Assembly (NCBI GenBank): GCA_019694855.1
Contig: JAIBBD010000003.1
Location: forward strand, 33,264-97,263
Reading direction: 5' to 3'
DNA: 64,000 nucleotides
From: Dehalococcoidia bacterium
GTDB taxonomy: Bacteria > Chloroflexota > Dehalococcoidia > UBA2979
Shown: positions 52,730 through 62,872 of the stretch, piece by piece
Position numbering within the stretch: the first letter of the stretch is position 1
How the letters are laid out: the number at the start of each line of letters is the position of its first letter
Notes under the pieces: model-generated
Told to the model about the DNA's origin: nothing
Seen by the model: only the letters and a program-made list of their open reading frames with translations
The model's database searches: none
Translations under genes and position numbers: made by a program

Positions 52730-55549
52730 CTAGCGCTGCGACTGCGCTTCGATCTGGTTCAGCAGCTGTCGCAGCCGGTCGAGGTCCTGTTGTGCGGCAT
52801 CGGAGGCCTGGCGCGCCTGGTCGATCAGCGCCCGCAGGTCGGCCGGCGTCAACGTACCCGTCGGCGTCGCCGCCGGCGTCCCGCCCGGCGTTGCCGTCCG
52901 CGTCGCGCCCGGCGTCGCCGTGGCCGTCGGCGTCCCCGGCAGCGTCGGACCTGCGGGCGCCCCCGGGAGTGTCGAGGCGCGCCGCCCCAGCACCACATCG
53001 AGCGCCTCCTGGAACGAGGGCTCCATGGCGATGTCGTTCCCGTTCGCGACGACTACCCGCTTCAGCTCCGGCAGCCGCGAGTTCTCCGCCTGCAGGTACA
53101 CCGGCTCCACGAACAGGAAGGAGTCCGCGATCGGGATCATGAACATGTTGCCGCGGATCACCTGCGACCCCGACTGGTTCCACAGCGTCAGTTGCTGCGA
53201 GATGCCCGGCGTCTGGTCGATCCGCGCCTCGATCTGCGCCGGACCGTAGACGAGCGTGTCCGTCGGGAAGCGATACGCGCGCAGCTTCCCGTAGTGCTCC
53301 GGGTCCGACCGCGCCGCCAGCCACCCCACCGTATTTGCCTTGTTCCGAGGGGTGAACGGCATCACGATGACGAACTCTTCGTCCGCCTCGCCCGGCAGCT
53401 TCATCGTCAGGTAGTACGGCTCCAGAGGCTCCTCGCGCTGCCCCGTCTTCTGCAGCGGGATGTTCCACACGTCCTCCCCGACGAAGAACACCCGGGGGTC
53501 GGTGATGTGGTACTTGAGGTAGATGTCTGACTGCGCCCGGAACAGGTCCTCCGGGTAGCGCACATGTGCGCGCAGCGCCTCGGGCATCTCCTCGGCCGGC
53601 GTGAACAGCTTCGGAAAGATCTTCGCCCACGTCGCCGCGATCGGCTCATCCGGCTCCATGAGGTAGAACTTCATGTCACCCGTCAGCGCGTTCGTCACGA
53701 CCTTGACGCTGTTCCGCATGTAGTTCGTGTCGCCCCGATGCTGCGCGTACGGGAACCGCCCCGACGAGGTGTATGCGTCCTGCACCCAGTAGATCTGCCC
53801 GTCGAGGACGACCGCGTACGGGTCCCGGTCCAGCGTCAGGAACGGCGCGACCTTCTTGATCCGTTCCGAGAGCTGTCGGTGCATCAGCACCCGCGAGTCC
53901 GATCCGAGCTGCCCCGAGATCAGCACGTTCGGGTCGCCCAGCTCCCACGCCAGCGCGATGCGGCGCACCGCCGAGGACAGACGAATGCCCCGGTCAGGCT
54001 CGTACCGCGTCTCCGAGTTCCCGTCCCCCAGCGGGTAGTCGAACTCCGCCACGTTCGTTCGCACGATCACGTAATGTGTCGTGCGCTCCCCGAAGTAGAC
54101 GCGCGACCCCTCGAGGCTGACCGGTACCTGGTCGCCGACCGGCGGAATGTCCCGCGTCAGCAGCACCGGGAGCCCCTCGTCGCGCGCCTCGTTCACCGGC
54201 GACACCACCGCGCCGAAGCCGTGCGTCAACTGCAACTGCTCGCGCGTCCAGTTCGCCTCCACCCGCCCGATGTCCAGCTCGCGCACCGCGAGCATCACCT
54301 GTTGCTCAGTGCCCCCCACCGAGTAGCGGTCCACGTCCACGTCGCTGAACACATAGAACGGCCGGATCGACTGGATCTGGTTGAACGTGTCCAGCAGCGG
54401 CCCCGGGTCCCACACTCGCACGTTTCGGATCGTGTCCTGGTTTGCGTCCACCGCGGACGCCGCCAGCGACTGCCGCGCGGGATAGTTCGTTTCCTCCACC
54501 CCGTCGAGGTCGAACGCCAGCCGCGTGAACTCAATATTCCGCGCGATGTACGGCTCTTCCTTCTCCAGCTCGTTCGGCCGCACCTGCACCGACTGCACCG
54601 CCGAGGGGTACAGGCCGCCGCCGACCAGCCCCGCCACGGCGATTCCGCCGAGCGCCACCGCCGGCACCCGATAGTGCGTCGAGAGGAATGCGCTCGCGAT
54701 GACCGTGGCCCCGGCGAACGCGGTCAGCACGATCAGTACGTACCGCACCGGCACGCGCGCGTGCACGTCCGTGTACCCCGCGCCGTCCACGAGCCCGCCG
54801 GGCTCGCTCACGAGGTCGAAGATGCCCAGCCAGATCCCCACGGCGATCAGCAGCAGCGCAACTCCCACGAGGATCGACAGGTGGATCCGCATCGGCCGCG
54901 TCACGTTCAACACGAACCGCTGCAGCGAGAACGTCAGCCCGTACACCGCCCCCGCCGCCAGGGTCGAGATCACCACGAGCGCCAGCAACCACCCCTGCAG
55001 GAGGTGATAGGCCGGCAGGTCGAACAGGTAGAACGAGACGTCGCGCCCGAACTGAGGGTCCTCGCGCCCGAACGACACGCCGTTCAGCCACGACAGCACG
55101 GTCTGCCAGGCTCCGCCCAGTGCCGACCCGAAGATCAACGCCAGGAAGATCGTGCTCGCCACCATCAGCACGGTGCCAACCCGCCGGATCGCCTGCGGGT
55201 CCACGTCCTCGATGAAGGACTCTTCCGGCGCGTCCGGGGCCAGCCGCCGCGCCAGCCACACGTTGCCCCCGATGACCGCGGCCGATACCGCCGCCCCTAC
55301 CAGGAACAACACGACCCGCCACGCGATCGCCCGCCGGTACACGCTGCCGTAGTCGACGGAGTCGAACCACAGCATGTTCACGTAGATCGACTTCAGCACG
55401 CTCAGCAGCGCGAACAGCACGAGCACCGCGGCCGCGATGCCCAGCCAGCGCACCGCCGCCGGCGGCGCCCGGAAGCGTCGGCCCTCGCGGTCGAACCGGA
55501 AGGGGTCAGGCGGAGGCCCGAGGTCGCCGCGGTCCTCGTAGAACTGCAT
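52730..55549 (-). CDS. UPF0182-family large membrane protein
   Basis: 939-aa protein: N-terminal roughly 300 aa with about 7 TM helices, a large extracytoplasmic domain, and a C-terminal Pro/Thr/Ala-rich tail with a coiled-coil. Inserted between argB and argD. Confidence 0.85.
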   Translation of the reverse strand: MQFYEDRGDLGPPPDPFRFDREGRRFRAPPAAVRWLGIAAAVLVLFALLSVLKSIYVNMLWFDSVDYGSVYRRAIAWRVVLFLVGAAVSAAVIGGNVWLARRLAPDAPEESFIEDVDPQAIRRVGTVLMVASTIFLALIFGSALGGAWQTVLSWLNGVSFGREDPQFGRDVSFYLFDLPAYHLLQGWLLALVVISTLAAGAVYGLTFSLQRFVLNVTRPMRIHLSILVGVALLLIAVGIWLGIFDLVSEPGGLVDGAGYTDVHARVPVRYVLIVLTAFAGATVIASAFLSTHYRVPAVALGGIAVAGLVGGGLYPSAVQSVQVRPNELEKEEPYIARNIEFTRLAFDLDGVEETNYPARQSLAASAVDANQDTIRNVRVWDPGPLLDTFNQIQSIRPFYVFSDVDVDRYSVGGTEQQVMLAVRELDIGRVEANWTREQLQLTHGFGAVVSPVNEARDEGLPVLLTRDIPPVGDQVPVSLEGSRVYFGERTTHYVIVRTNVAEFDYPLGDGNSETRYEPDRGIRLSSAVRRIALAWELGDPNVLISGQLGSDSRVLMHRQLSERIKKVAPFLTLDRDPYAVVLDGQIYWVQDAYTSSGRFPYAQHRGDTNYMRNSVKVVTNALTGDMKFYLMEPDEPIAATWAKIFPKLFTPAEEMPEALRAHVRYPEDLFRAQSDIYLKYHITDPRVFFVGEDVWNIPLQKTGQREEPLEPYYLTMKLPGEADEEFVIVMPFTPRNKANTVGWLAARSDPEHYGKLRAYRFPTDTLVYGPAQIEARIDQTPGISQQLTLWNQSGSQVIRGNMFMIPIADSFLFVEPVYLQAENSRLPELKRVVVANGNDIAMEPSFQEALDVVLGRRASTLPGAPAGPTLPGTPTATATPGATRTATPGGTPAATPTGTLTPADLRALIDQARQASDAAQQDLDRLRQLLNQIEAQSQR

Positions 55550-55571
55550 CAGGCGCCGGCCGAGCCAGTCA

Positions 55572-56345
55572 TCAGGCGATCCGGGTCCCGATCGCCTCGC
55601 CGCCCGCCACCCGCCGCAACGTCCCCCCCGTGCGGCCGTTCACCATGTGCGCGACCGCCCCCGCCTCGGCCGCCCGGAAGCACGCCTCCACCTTCGGGAT
55701 CATCCCGCCCGAGAGCGTCCCTGCCGCCCGCAGGGCTTCGGCGCGTTCCGCGTCGAGCGCCGGGATCAGCGCCCCGTCCCCGTCGAGGAGCCCGTCGACG
55801 TCCGTGAGGAACACCAGCTGCCGCGCGCCGACGGCCCGCGCCACCTCGCCGGCCACCGTGTCCGCGTTGATGTTCAGCGGCTGCTCCGGCGCCTCGAGGC
55901 CGACCGGAGCGATCACCGGGATCGCCCCCGCCTCCATCAGCGCCCCCAGGAACGCCCCGTCCACCGAGGTGACGCGCCCCACGTACCCCAGCCGTGGGTC
56001 GTACCGCTCCGCCCGCACCACGCCGCCGTCGACCCCGGACAGCCCGACCGCCCGGCCGCCGCGCTGCACGATCGCCGCTACGAGCTGCGTGTTGATCACC
56101 CCGCGCAGTACCGCGAGCACGACCTCCATCGCCTCCGCCGAGGTCGACCGCAGCCCGTCCACGAACTCCGAGGGCACGTCGAGCCGCGTCAGCCAGTCCG
56201 TGATCATCGCTCCGCCGCCATGGACAACGGCAACGCGCTCCCCCGCCTGGTGCAGCGCCACCACGTCATCGAGTGTCGTGTCTTCCGCGCCCAGCGTGGA
56301 ACCGCCGATCTTCACCACAATCGGCCGCTTCGGGGTCTCACTCAT
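55572..56345 (-). CDS. argB: Acetylglutamate kinase
   Basis: IVVKIGGS...VVHGGG amino-acid kinase motifs. 257 aa. Confidence 0.9.
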   Translation of the reverse strand: MSETPKRPIVVKIGGSTLGAEDTTLDDVVALHQAGERVAVVHGGGAMITDWLTRLDVPSEFVDGLRSTSAEAMEVVLAVLRGVINTQLVAAIVQRGGRAVGLSGVDGGVVRAERYDPRLGYVGRVTSVDGAFLGALMEAGAIPVIAPVGLEAPEQPLNINADTVAGEVARAVGARQLVFLTDVDGLLDGDGALIPALDAERAEALRAAGTLSGGMIPKVEACFRAAEAGAVAHMVNGRTGGTLRRVAGGEAIGTRIA

Positions 56346-56363
56346 CTCGTTCGTCTCATTCAG

Positions 56364-57605
56364 TTATGTCGTGTAGTCCGCGTTGATTCGGATGTAGTCC
56401 TCGGTCAGGTCGCAGCCCCAGGCCGTCGCCCGTTCCTCCCCCAGCCCCAGCTCCACGCGGATCTTCACTTCTTCTGCGTCCATCGCCTTCGAGAGCACCG
56501 CGTAGTCCACGTCCGTCGGCACGCCCCGCTCGAACGCGCAGTACGGCCCGATCCACACGCTCGCACGCTCCACCTCGACCCGCGCCCCCGACCGCCCGAC
56601 GGCCATCAGCACCCGCCCGAGGTTCGCGTCGCGCCCGGTCACCATCGTCTTCACCAGCGGCGACGATGTCACCGTCCGCGCCGCTTTCCGCGCGTCCTCG
56701 CGCGTCGCCGCGCCCTCGACCGTCACCTCGATCAGCGTCCGCGCCCCTTCACCGTCTCGCGCGAGGTCACGCGCCAGCGCGATCGCCAGCGCCTCGATCG
56801 CCTCGCGCAACGGCCCCGAGGCCGGATGCGTCGCGTCGATCGGCTCGCCCCCGGCCGCCCCGTTCGCGAACAGCAGCATCGTGTCGCTCGTCGAGGAATC
56901 CATGTCGACATCGATCATATTGATCGACAGGTCCCCCACCTCGCGCAGCGTCTGCTGCAGCCACCCGAGTTCACAGGGTGCATCCGTCGTCAGGAAGCAG
57001 AACACCGTGGCCATGTCCGGATGCACCATCCCGGACCCCTTCGCCGTCCCTCCGACCGTGTACGTGCGCCCGCCCGAGGTCACCCGCGCCGCCCGGTGCT
57101 TCGGCACCGTGTCTGTCGTCATGATCGCCCGGGTGAACAGTGCCCCGCCGTCCGCGGTCGGCTCAATCGAGACGATCCCGGCCTCGATCTTGTCCATCGG
57201 CATGATCCGCCCGATCACCCCCGTCGAGGCGACCAGCATCTCCTGCACCTCGATGCCAGACTGCCGCGCCGCCAGCTCGGCCATCCGCGCCGCGTCGCGG
57301 TCTCCCTGCTCGCCGGTGACCGTATTCGCATTCCCCGAGTTCGCGACGATGCCCCGCGCTCGCCCCGTCACCACCCGTGCCCGGTTGTACTTGATCGGCG
57401 CGCCGACCACGCCGTTGCGGCTGAAGATCCCCGCCACCGACGCCGGCTGCTCCGACACCAGGATCCCCACGTCGTAGCGAGGCTCCTCGCCATACGTCCG
57501 CACCCCCGCGTACGCCGCCCCCGCCCGCCATCCGAGGGGCGTCGTTACACCGCCGCCCTCAACCCACTCCAGCTCCACAGCCACGGCTCGCCCTTCCGAC
57601 ACCAT
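56364..57605 (-). CDS. argJ: Bifunctional glutamate N-acetyltransferase/amino-acid acetyltransferase
   Basis: ArgJ family with the self-cleavage site region ATMLVF-type (…DMATVFCFLTTDA). The start was chosen at MVSEGRAV (57605); the track ORF is longer. Confidence 0.85.
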   Translation of the reverse strand: MVSEGRAVAVELEWVEGGGVTTPLGWRAGAAYAGVRTYGEEPRYDVGILVSEQPASVAGIFSRNGVVGAPIKYNRARVVTGRARGIVANSGNANTVTGEQGDRDAARMAELAARQSGIEVQEMLVASTGVIGRIMPMDKIEAGIVSIEPTADGGALFTRAIMTTDTVPKHRAARVTSGGRTYTVGGTAKGSGMVHPDMATVFCFLTTDAPCELGWLQQTLREVGDLSINMIDVDMDSSTSDTMLLFANGAAGGEPIDATHPASGPLREAIEALAIALARDLARDGEGARTLIEVTVEGAATREDARKAARTVTSSPLVKTMVTGRDANLGRVLMAVGRSGARVEVERASVWIGPYCAFERGVPTDVDYAVLSKAMDAEEVKIRVELGLGEERATAWGCDLTEDYIRINADYTT

Positions 57606-57907
57606 CGAGCCGCGAGTATAGCCGAGCACGAACAACCCCGGCCCCCTGAGGCGAAGGAACTCGGTCACAGACCTTAGAGGAGCGCAGTGCAAAAGCAGCG
57701 CCGCCGCAAACCTCGGTGGAAGGTGAGGTAGGAGGCTCTAAGGAACGGCCGCGCCTCAGCACAACGTCGACCCGAGCCCACCAACACCACAATGGAAGGG
57801 GCGACCCCCAGCCGGGCGGGTGAGCGGGCTCAAACGCCAGCCGGCTCCGCCAGCCTGACGACCGTCGCTCCGCGTCGTCCCTCTACCTCGCCGCCACGTC
57901 CGTGACC

Positions 57908-58053
57908 GCCCCGCGCAGGCGTAGCTCGGTCAGGTTCGAGGGGGTTCAGGGGACGAAGGCCCCTGAGGGGTGGGCAGGCGGGCCTCCCACACAACAACAG
58001 CCGGGCCGCGCAGTGGCCCGTGCACACCCGGCCGGCCCAGCCGGCCGCCCTCC
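57908..58053 (+). repeat. Structured intergenic repeat family, copy C (full length) upstream of argJ
   Basis: CCCCGCGCAGGCGTAGC...GTTCGAGGGGGTTCAGGGGACGAAGGCCCCTGAGG...GGGCAGGCGGGCCTCCC...CCGGGCCgcgcagtGGCCCG...GGCCGGCCCAGCCGGCCGCCCTCC. Confidence 0.65.
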
Positions 58054-58113
58054 CCGAAGTGTGAGACGGAGCCGAAGGGACAGGGCACAACCGCCCGCCG
58101 AGGCGTTACGGCC

Positions 58114-58878
58114 CTACCGGCAGACAAAATCGCTGTCTACGCCGCGCGAAATGTACTGCACCAGCCATACCGGCCCGCCGGCGAAGCTCGAGCTGCAGCG
58201 CTGCGCCGCATCCCGCGCATTGAGCGCCCCCGCCACCCAGTTCGGCGTCGACGAGAACTGCCGGCCGCCCGTGATCGTCGTCCACTGGTAACGCGTCGAG
58301 TAGATCCCGACCCCGCCCGCGCCGAGGCTCCGCAGCGCCTCGAGGTACCCCAGGATCGCCTCACCGTTCGCCGCCGTCGTCCCGTTCCAGCTGTTCACGG
58401 TCTCCACGTCCAGCCACCAGTACCGCCCGGTCGCGGCCCCCGAGGTCGCGCCGTTTGCCACGGTCCACGCGTCGTTCGCCGCGTTCCAGCCGTAGTTGTA
58501 CGCACACCCCACGTCCGAATACGACGTCGCGTCGGCGCACGTCCGAGGTCCCGGCCGGTTCCAGTACTTGCTGATCGGACCCGGGTTCGCCGTATTCATG
58601 TAGAAGGACGCCCCGGAGGAGGCACCACGCGCCCACTGGTACTCCGTCGCCAGGCACGGGTTCGCCGACCACGGCAGCCCATTCGTCACGCCCACGATCC
58701 CGAACGCCCCGCCTCGAGGGAGCGTCGCGCCGCATTGCGGGTACGACACGTCGAACCCCGTGCTGCCCGCCGGATAGAACGTGCTCGCCAGGCCGCCGGC
58801 CGAAGTCACAAGCGCCAGCACCAGGGCCACGAACGCAGCCGCCACCACCAGACGCATCGAAGTCGAACGGCGCGCCAT
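58114..58878 (-). CDS. Secreted DUF1906-like (glycoside-hydrolase-like) protein
   Basis: N-terminal signal/TM. Motifs ...STGFDVSYPQCG... and ...YWWLDVE..., typical of the DUF1906 / GH25-like TIM-barrel family. Confidence 0.6.
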   Translation of the reverse strand: MARRSTSMRLVVAAAFVALVLALVTSAGGLASTFYPAGSTGFDVSYPQCGATLPRGGAFGIVGVTNGLPWSANPCLATEYQWARGASSGASFYMNTANPGPISKYWNRPGPRTCADATSYSDVGCAYNYGWNAANDAWTVANGATSGAATGRYWWLDVETVNSWNGTTAANGEAILGYLEALRSLGAGGVGIYSTRYQWTTITGGRQFSSTPNWVAGALNARDAAQRCSSSFAGGPVWLVQYISRGVDSDFVCR

Positions 58879-58959
58879 GCTTCCCTCACTCCCGGATCTG
58901 TCGAGGCTCGACAGCGCCCGCAGCATACCAGCCGCCCGTCGCACCGACTCGAAGTCCGG

Positions 58960-59667
58960 TCATCCGAGCGGCGGCAAGCCCACCCGCGGACACCGCTCGA
59001 GCAACGGGCATCGAGCACACTCCGGCCCCCGCGCATGACAGGTCCGCCGCCCGTGCTGGATCAGGTCCACGTGAAACGCATACACCTCATCCGGCGCCAG
59101 CATCCCCTCGAGGATCACGTGCGCCTGCTCCACGCTCGCCTTCGGCGGCACCAGCCCCAGTCGTCGCGACACCCGGTCCACGTGGGTGTCCACCGGCAGC
59201 GCCGGCCGCCCGAGCGCGAACAGCAGCACGCACGCCGCCGTCTTCGGTCCCACTCCCGGCAGCGCCCGCAGCCACGCCTTCGCTTCCTCGAGCGGCATCG
59301 TCTCGAGGAACCCGAGGTCGTACTCCGGCGTCAGCTCCCGCACCGCCGCCAGCAGCTCCTGCAGCCGCGGGGCCTTCGTCGGAGCAAGCCCGCCCGGCCG
59401 GATCGCCTCCTCCACGTCCGAGGTGCGCGCTGCGATCACCCCATCCCACTCCGGGAACCGCTCCAGCAGCCGGTGGAACGCCCGCCCCGAGTTGTGGTCG
59501 GACGTATGCTGCGACAGCAGCGTCAGCACCAGCTCCGCCATCGGGTCCCCCGAGGCCTGCGCCGGCGCCCGCCCGTAGTACGCATCGAGGATCGCGATCA
59601 GCTCGGATGGGGCGTACAGCCCTGTGCTCTCGCTTCCCGCCGCACTTGAATGTCGACGCCCCGCCAT
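58960..59667 (-). CDS. nth: Endonuclease III (HhH-GPD DNA glycosylase with [4Fe-4S])
   Basis: HhH-GPD motif LPGVGPKTAACVLLFALGRPALPVDTHV and the C-terminal cluster CHARGPECARCPLLERC. Confidence 0.85.
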   Translation of the reverse strand: MAGRRHSSAAGSESTGLYAPSELIAILDAYYGRAPAQASGDPMAELVLTLLSQHTSDHNSGRAFHRLLERFPEWDGVIAARTSDVEEAIRPGGLAPTKAPRLQELLAAVRELTPEYDLGFLETMPLEEAKAWLRALPGVGPKTAACVLLFALGRPALPVDTHVDRVSRRLGLVPPKASVEQAHVILEGMLAPDEVYAFHVDLIQHGRRTCHARGPECARCPLLERCPRVGLPPLG

Positions 59668-59753
59668 GCGCGCATCGTAGCCCGCGCCAGCCTCGCCGGC
59701 AGCGCTACACCGTGCCCATGCATGACAATGTGCGCAGCCGAAAGGATCGCCCC

Positions 59754-60194
59754 ATGCGCCGAATAGTCCGCTCCCTGCCTCTTGTCCTCGCCGCGTTCGC
59801 CGCCCTCGCCCTCCTGGCTGCCTGCGGCGGGGACGACAAGGACGAGGCGCCCGCGCGCGCCATGCAGGTCTCGATGCAGGACATCGCCTACTCGAACATC
59901 GCCCTCACCGCCTCAAAGGGTGAGCACATCCGCATCGAGCTCGACAACAAGGGCCAGGTCACCCACGACTTCACGGTCGACGGCATCCCGATGCAGGGCC
60001 TCCACATGATGGGCGGCGCCAGCGGCGGCGATCACCAGCACATGGCCGCCGACCACGCCATGCACCTCGCCCTCGACAAGGGCCAGTCCGGCTCCCTGGA
60101 GTTCACCCCCACCGAGGCCGGGACCTACGAGTTCTACTGCACCGTCGCCGGCCACCGCGACGCCGGAATGCACGGCACGCTCACCGTCCAGTAA
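59754..60194 (+). CDS. Cupredoxin-like (type-1 copper) lipoprotein
   Basis: Lipobox LAACGG. Candidate Cu ligands His (…VTHDF…), Cys-x-x-x-x-His (YCTVAGH) and Met (GMHG). AAAGGA Shine-Dalgarno sequence before the ATG. Confidence 0.7.
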   Translation: MRRIVRSLPLVLAAFAALALLAACGGDDKDEAPARAMQVSMQDIAYSNIALTASKGEHIRIELDNKGQVTHDFTVDGIPMQGLHMMGGASGGDHQHMAADHAMHLALDKGQSGSLEFTPTEAGTYEFYCTVAGHRDAGMHGTLTVQ

Positions 60195-60195
60195 C

Positions 60196-61254
60196 GTGCC
60201 CTCGGCGGCAGAGCGTCGTCGCGTCGCCGTCCTCTGGCACGGCGACCCGGCCGCGCCCCCGCCTCCCGGGGAAACCCGCTACGCGCGGATCTTCGAAACC
60301 CTCGAGGACGCCGGACTCGCGCCCGAACCTGTCGTCTACGCCGACTCCGCCATCGAGGCGGTTCGCGCACGCCTCCTCGCCTGTGACGCCGTCCTCGTCT
60401 GGGTGAACCCCATCATGGAGGACGGCCACGACCGCTCACGCCTCGACCCCCTCCTCCGCGAGGCCGCCGCGACCGGCGTCTGGGTTACCAGCCACCCCGA
60501 CACCATCCTCACGCTCGGCACCAAGGACGTCCTCGTCACCACCAAGGACATGGACTGGGGAGCCGACGCCCATCGCTACCGCACCCTCGCCGAGCTTCGC
60601 GCCGCCCTCCCGGCCCGCCTCGAAGCGGGCCCCCGAGTGCTCAAGCGCCATCGAGGCAACGGCGGCGGCGGCACCTGGAAAGTCGAACTCGCCCCCATGC
60701 AGGCGCCCGGCCCGATTCGAGTCCGCGTCCTGCACGCCGAGCGCGGCTCGCACCAGCTCGAACTCCCCTTCAACGAATTCCTCGACCTCATGCGCCCGTA
60801 CTTCGAGGCGGGCGGCTTCATGGTCGACCAGCCCTATGCCCCCCGCCTGGCCGACGGCATGGTTCGCGCCTACCTCGTGCGCGACCGCGTCGCGGGCTTC
60901 GGGCGGCAGCGCGTCACCGCGCTGCTCCCCCTCGAGGCCGGCGCGACCTCGAACCCGGCGCCCCCGCCCCGCGAGTACTTCGGCCCCGACCCCTCGGACC
61001 TCCAGCCCCTCCGCCTCCTCCTCGAGGGCGACTGGCTCCCCGAACTCCAGCGCCGCCTCGACCTCGACCGCGGCGCCCTCCCTGCCATCTGGGACATCGA
61101 CTTCCTCTACGGCCCGCCGGACGAGCACCGCCACGACACCTACCTCCTCTGCGAGATCAATGTCAGCTCCGTCTTCCCCTTCCCCGACGAAGCCCTCGCA
61201 CCCCTGGCCTCCGAGGTCGCCCGCACCCTCGCCGCCCGTCACCCCTCCGGCTGA
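60196..61254 (+). CDS. Hypothetical protein (Cj0069-like family; ATP-grasp-like fold suspected)
   Basis: 352-aa ORF starting at GTG directly after the cupredoxin stop. I recall a conserved Cj0069-family annotation for similar sequences; this is not verifiable here. Confidence 0.5.
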   Translation: MPSAAERRRVAVLWHGDPAAPPPPGETRYARIFETLEDAGLAPEPVVYADSAIEAVRARLLACDAVLVWVNPIMEDGHDRSRLDPLLREAAATGVWVTSHPDTILTLGTKDVLVTTKDMDWGADAHRYRTLAELRAALPARLEAGPRVLKRHRGNGGGGTWKVELAPMQAPGPIRVRVLHAERGSHQLELPFNEFLDLMRPYFEAGGFMVDQPYAPRLADGMVRAYLVRDRVAGFGRQRVTALLPLEAGATSNPAPPPREYFGPDPSDLQPLRLLLEGDWLPELQRRLDLDRGALPAIWDIDFLYGPPDEHRHDTYLLCEINVSSVFPFPDEALAPLASEVARTLAARHPSG

Positions 61255-61615
61255 CCCACCGACACCGCCGCATCGATCGCCTCGCGCACACGCTTCGGCA
61301 ACGACCCGAACACGAGCTCGTACGAGAGCTCCACCCACTCTCGCAGCTCAGCCCGGGGGCGTCCGCGCGCACCGTGTTCCAGTGCCGCTTATTGAGGTGA
61401 TACCCCGGCCGCACCAGCTCCGGAAACGCCGCCCGCAACTCCTCCGCGAGGTCCGGGTCGCACTTCAGGCTCACCTCCAGCGGCCTCGAGTCCTCCCCCA
61501 CGATCGCGAAGATCTTCCCGCCCACCTTCCACACCCGCGCCCCCGGCCCGAACGGATACCCCGCCTCCGCCCCCGCGAACCCGCCGAGGAGCGCCGTCAG
61601 CTGCCGCTCGTTCAT
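61239..61615 (-). pseudogene. MmcQ/YjbR-family DNA-binding protein gene interrupted by a -1 frameshift in a C5G3 run (about 61350-61362)
   Basis: N-terminal part MNERQLTALLGGFAGAEAGYPFGPGARVWKVGGKIFAIVG...HWNTVRADAP is MmcQ/YjbR-like. The expected C-terminus ...AELREWVELSYELVFGSLPKRVREAIDAAVSVGQPEG* is in another frame ending at 61239. The track ORF instead runs on as Arg/Cys-rich nonsense. Confidence 0.5.
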
Positions 61616-61625
61616 CCGGCCCCCC

Positions 61626-62828
61626 TCACTCGTACCGCAGCTTCGAGGCGAACGCGCGCACGTCCGCGGCGAACAGCTCCGGCTCCGCCATCGCCGCGAA
61701 ATGCCCGCCCCGAGGCTGCTGGGCGTAGTGCACGAGGTCGTACGCACGCTCCGCCCACGACCGCGGCACGCGCGGCCCGGATCCGTCGACGTCCTGCGGG
61801 TAGTCCGCGTACCCCGTCGGCACGCGCACCCGCTCGCCCGGCCCCAGGCCGGCGCTCCGCTCGATCTGCCCCGCCTTGTACACGTTGTTCGCCGACGCGA
61901 TCGTCCCCGTGAACCAGTACAACGAGGCCATCGTCACGAGCTGCTCGAGCGGCACCCGCTGTTCGAACGCCGCGCTCGACCCCGACCGCTCGAAGTCCGA
62001 CCACGCGAAGTACTTGTCCGCGATCCACGCCGCGAGGCCCGCGGGCGAGTCCGTCAGCCCGTACGCCAGCGCCATCGGCTTCGTGCTCTGGATCGCCGAA
62101 TACCCCATCCCGCCCCGGCTGCGCCGCTCCCGCCCGTCGAGGTACGCCTGCTCCTCCGCCGTCACCGGCGCTTGCACCCCGTCGTTCAGCCGAAACACCA
62201 GCGGCAGCAACGTCAGGTGGATCCCGTACAGGCTCGACGCGTAGTGCAGCCCCAGCTGCGCCGTGATGAACGCTCCGAGGTCGCCCCCGTGCGCGATGTA
62301 CCGCGGGTAGCCCAGCACCTCCCGCATCAACTGGTCCCACAGGTACGCCATCGCGCGAGGCGCGATCGGCAGCCGCGGCTGCGACGAGAACCCGAACCCC
62401 GGACACGACGGCACCACGACGTCGAACCCGTCCTCAGCGTCGCCCCCGAACCGCTCCGGGTGCGCCAGCCGCTCCGCCGCATCGAGGTACTCCACGAACG
62501 TCGAGGGCCACCCGTGCGTCAGGATGATCGGCCGCGGCCGGCTCCCCGACCCCCGCTCGAGGACGAAGTGGATCTGGTGTTCCTCCCCGTTCTCACCCGT
62601 GATCGCCGCCCGGTAATGGCTGAAGCGGTTCAGCCGACGCTCCACCGCGCGCCAGTCATACTCCTCGCGCCAGTACCCCACGAGGTGCTGCATGAACTCG
62701 AGATTCGTCCCCCACTCCCAGCCCTCGTTGCCGGCTGCCTGATGCGGCCAGCGCGTCCGTTCGAGGCGCGCCCGCAACTCCGCGATCTCCTCGTCCGGCA
62801 CATCGATGACGAACGGCTCCGCTCGCAT
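61626..62828 (-). CDS. Epoxide hydrolase (microsomal-EH-like alpha/beta hydrolase with N-terminal EH domain)
   Basis: N-terminal domain ...PFVIDVPDEEIAELRARLERTRWP...GWEWGTNLEFMQHLVGYW. HGWP oxyanion motif. Alpha/beta hydrolase core. Confidence 0.8.
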   Translation of the reverse strand: MRAEPFVIDVPDEEIAELRARLERTRWPHQAAGNEGWEWGTNLEFMQHLVGYWREEYDWRAVERRLNRFSHYRAAITGENGEEHQIHFVLERGSGSRPRPIILTHGWPSTFVEYLDAAERLAHPERFGGDAEDGFDVVVPSCPGFGFSSQPRLPIAPRAMAYLWDQLMREVLGYPRYIAHGGDLGAFITAQLGLHYASSLYGIHLTLLPLVFRLNDGVQAPVTAEEQAYLDGRERRSRGGMGYSAIQSTKPMALAYGLTDSPAGLAAWIADKYFAWSDFERSGSSAAFEQRVPLEQLVTMASLYWFTGTIASANNVYKAGQIERSAGLGPGERVRVPTGYADYPQDVDGSGPRVPRSWAERAYDLVHYAQQPRGGHFAAMAEPELFAADVRAFASKLRYE

Positions 62829-62872
62829 GCCCCACCTCCCGTCCCGCTCGCGCGGGCTGGCATCATAGCCCC

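Noticed and set aside
53564-57677. 747-aa and 676-aa plus-strand ORFs
   Set aside because: Antisense to UPF0182, argB and argJ, all of which have unambiguous homology in the minus-strand frames.
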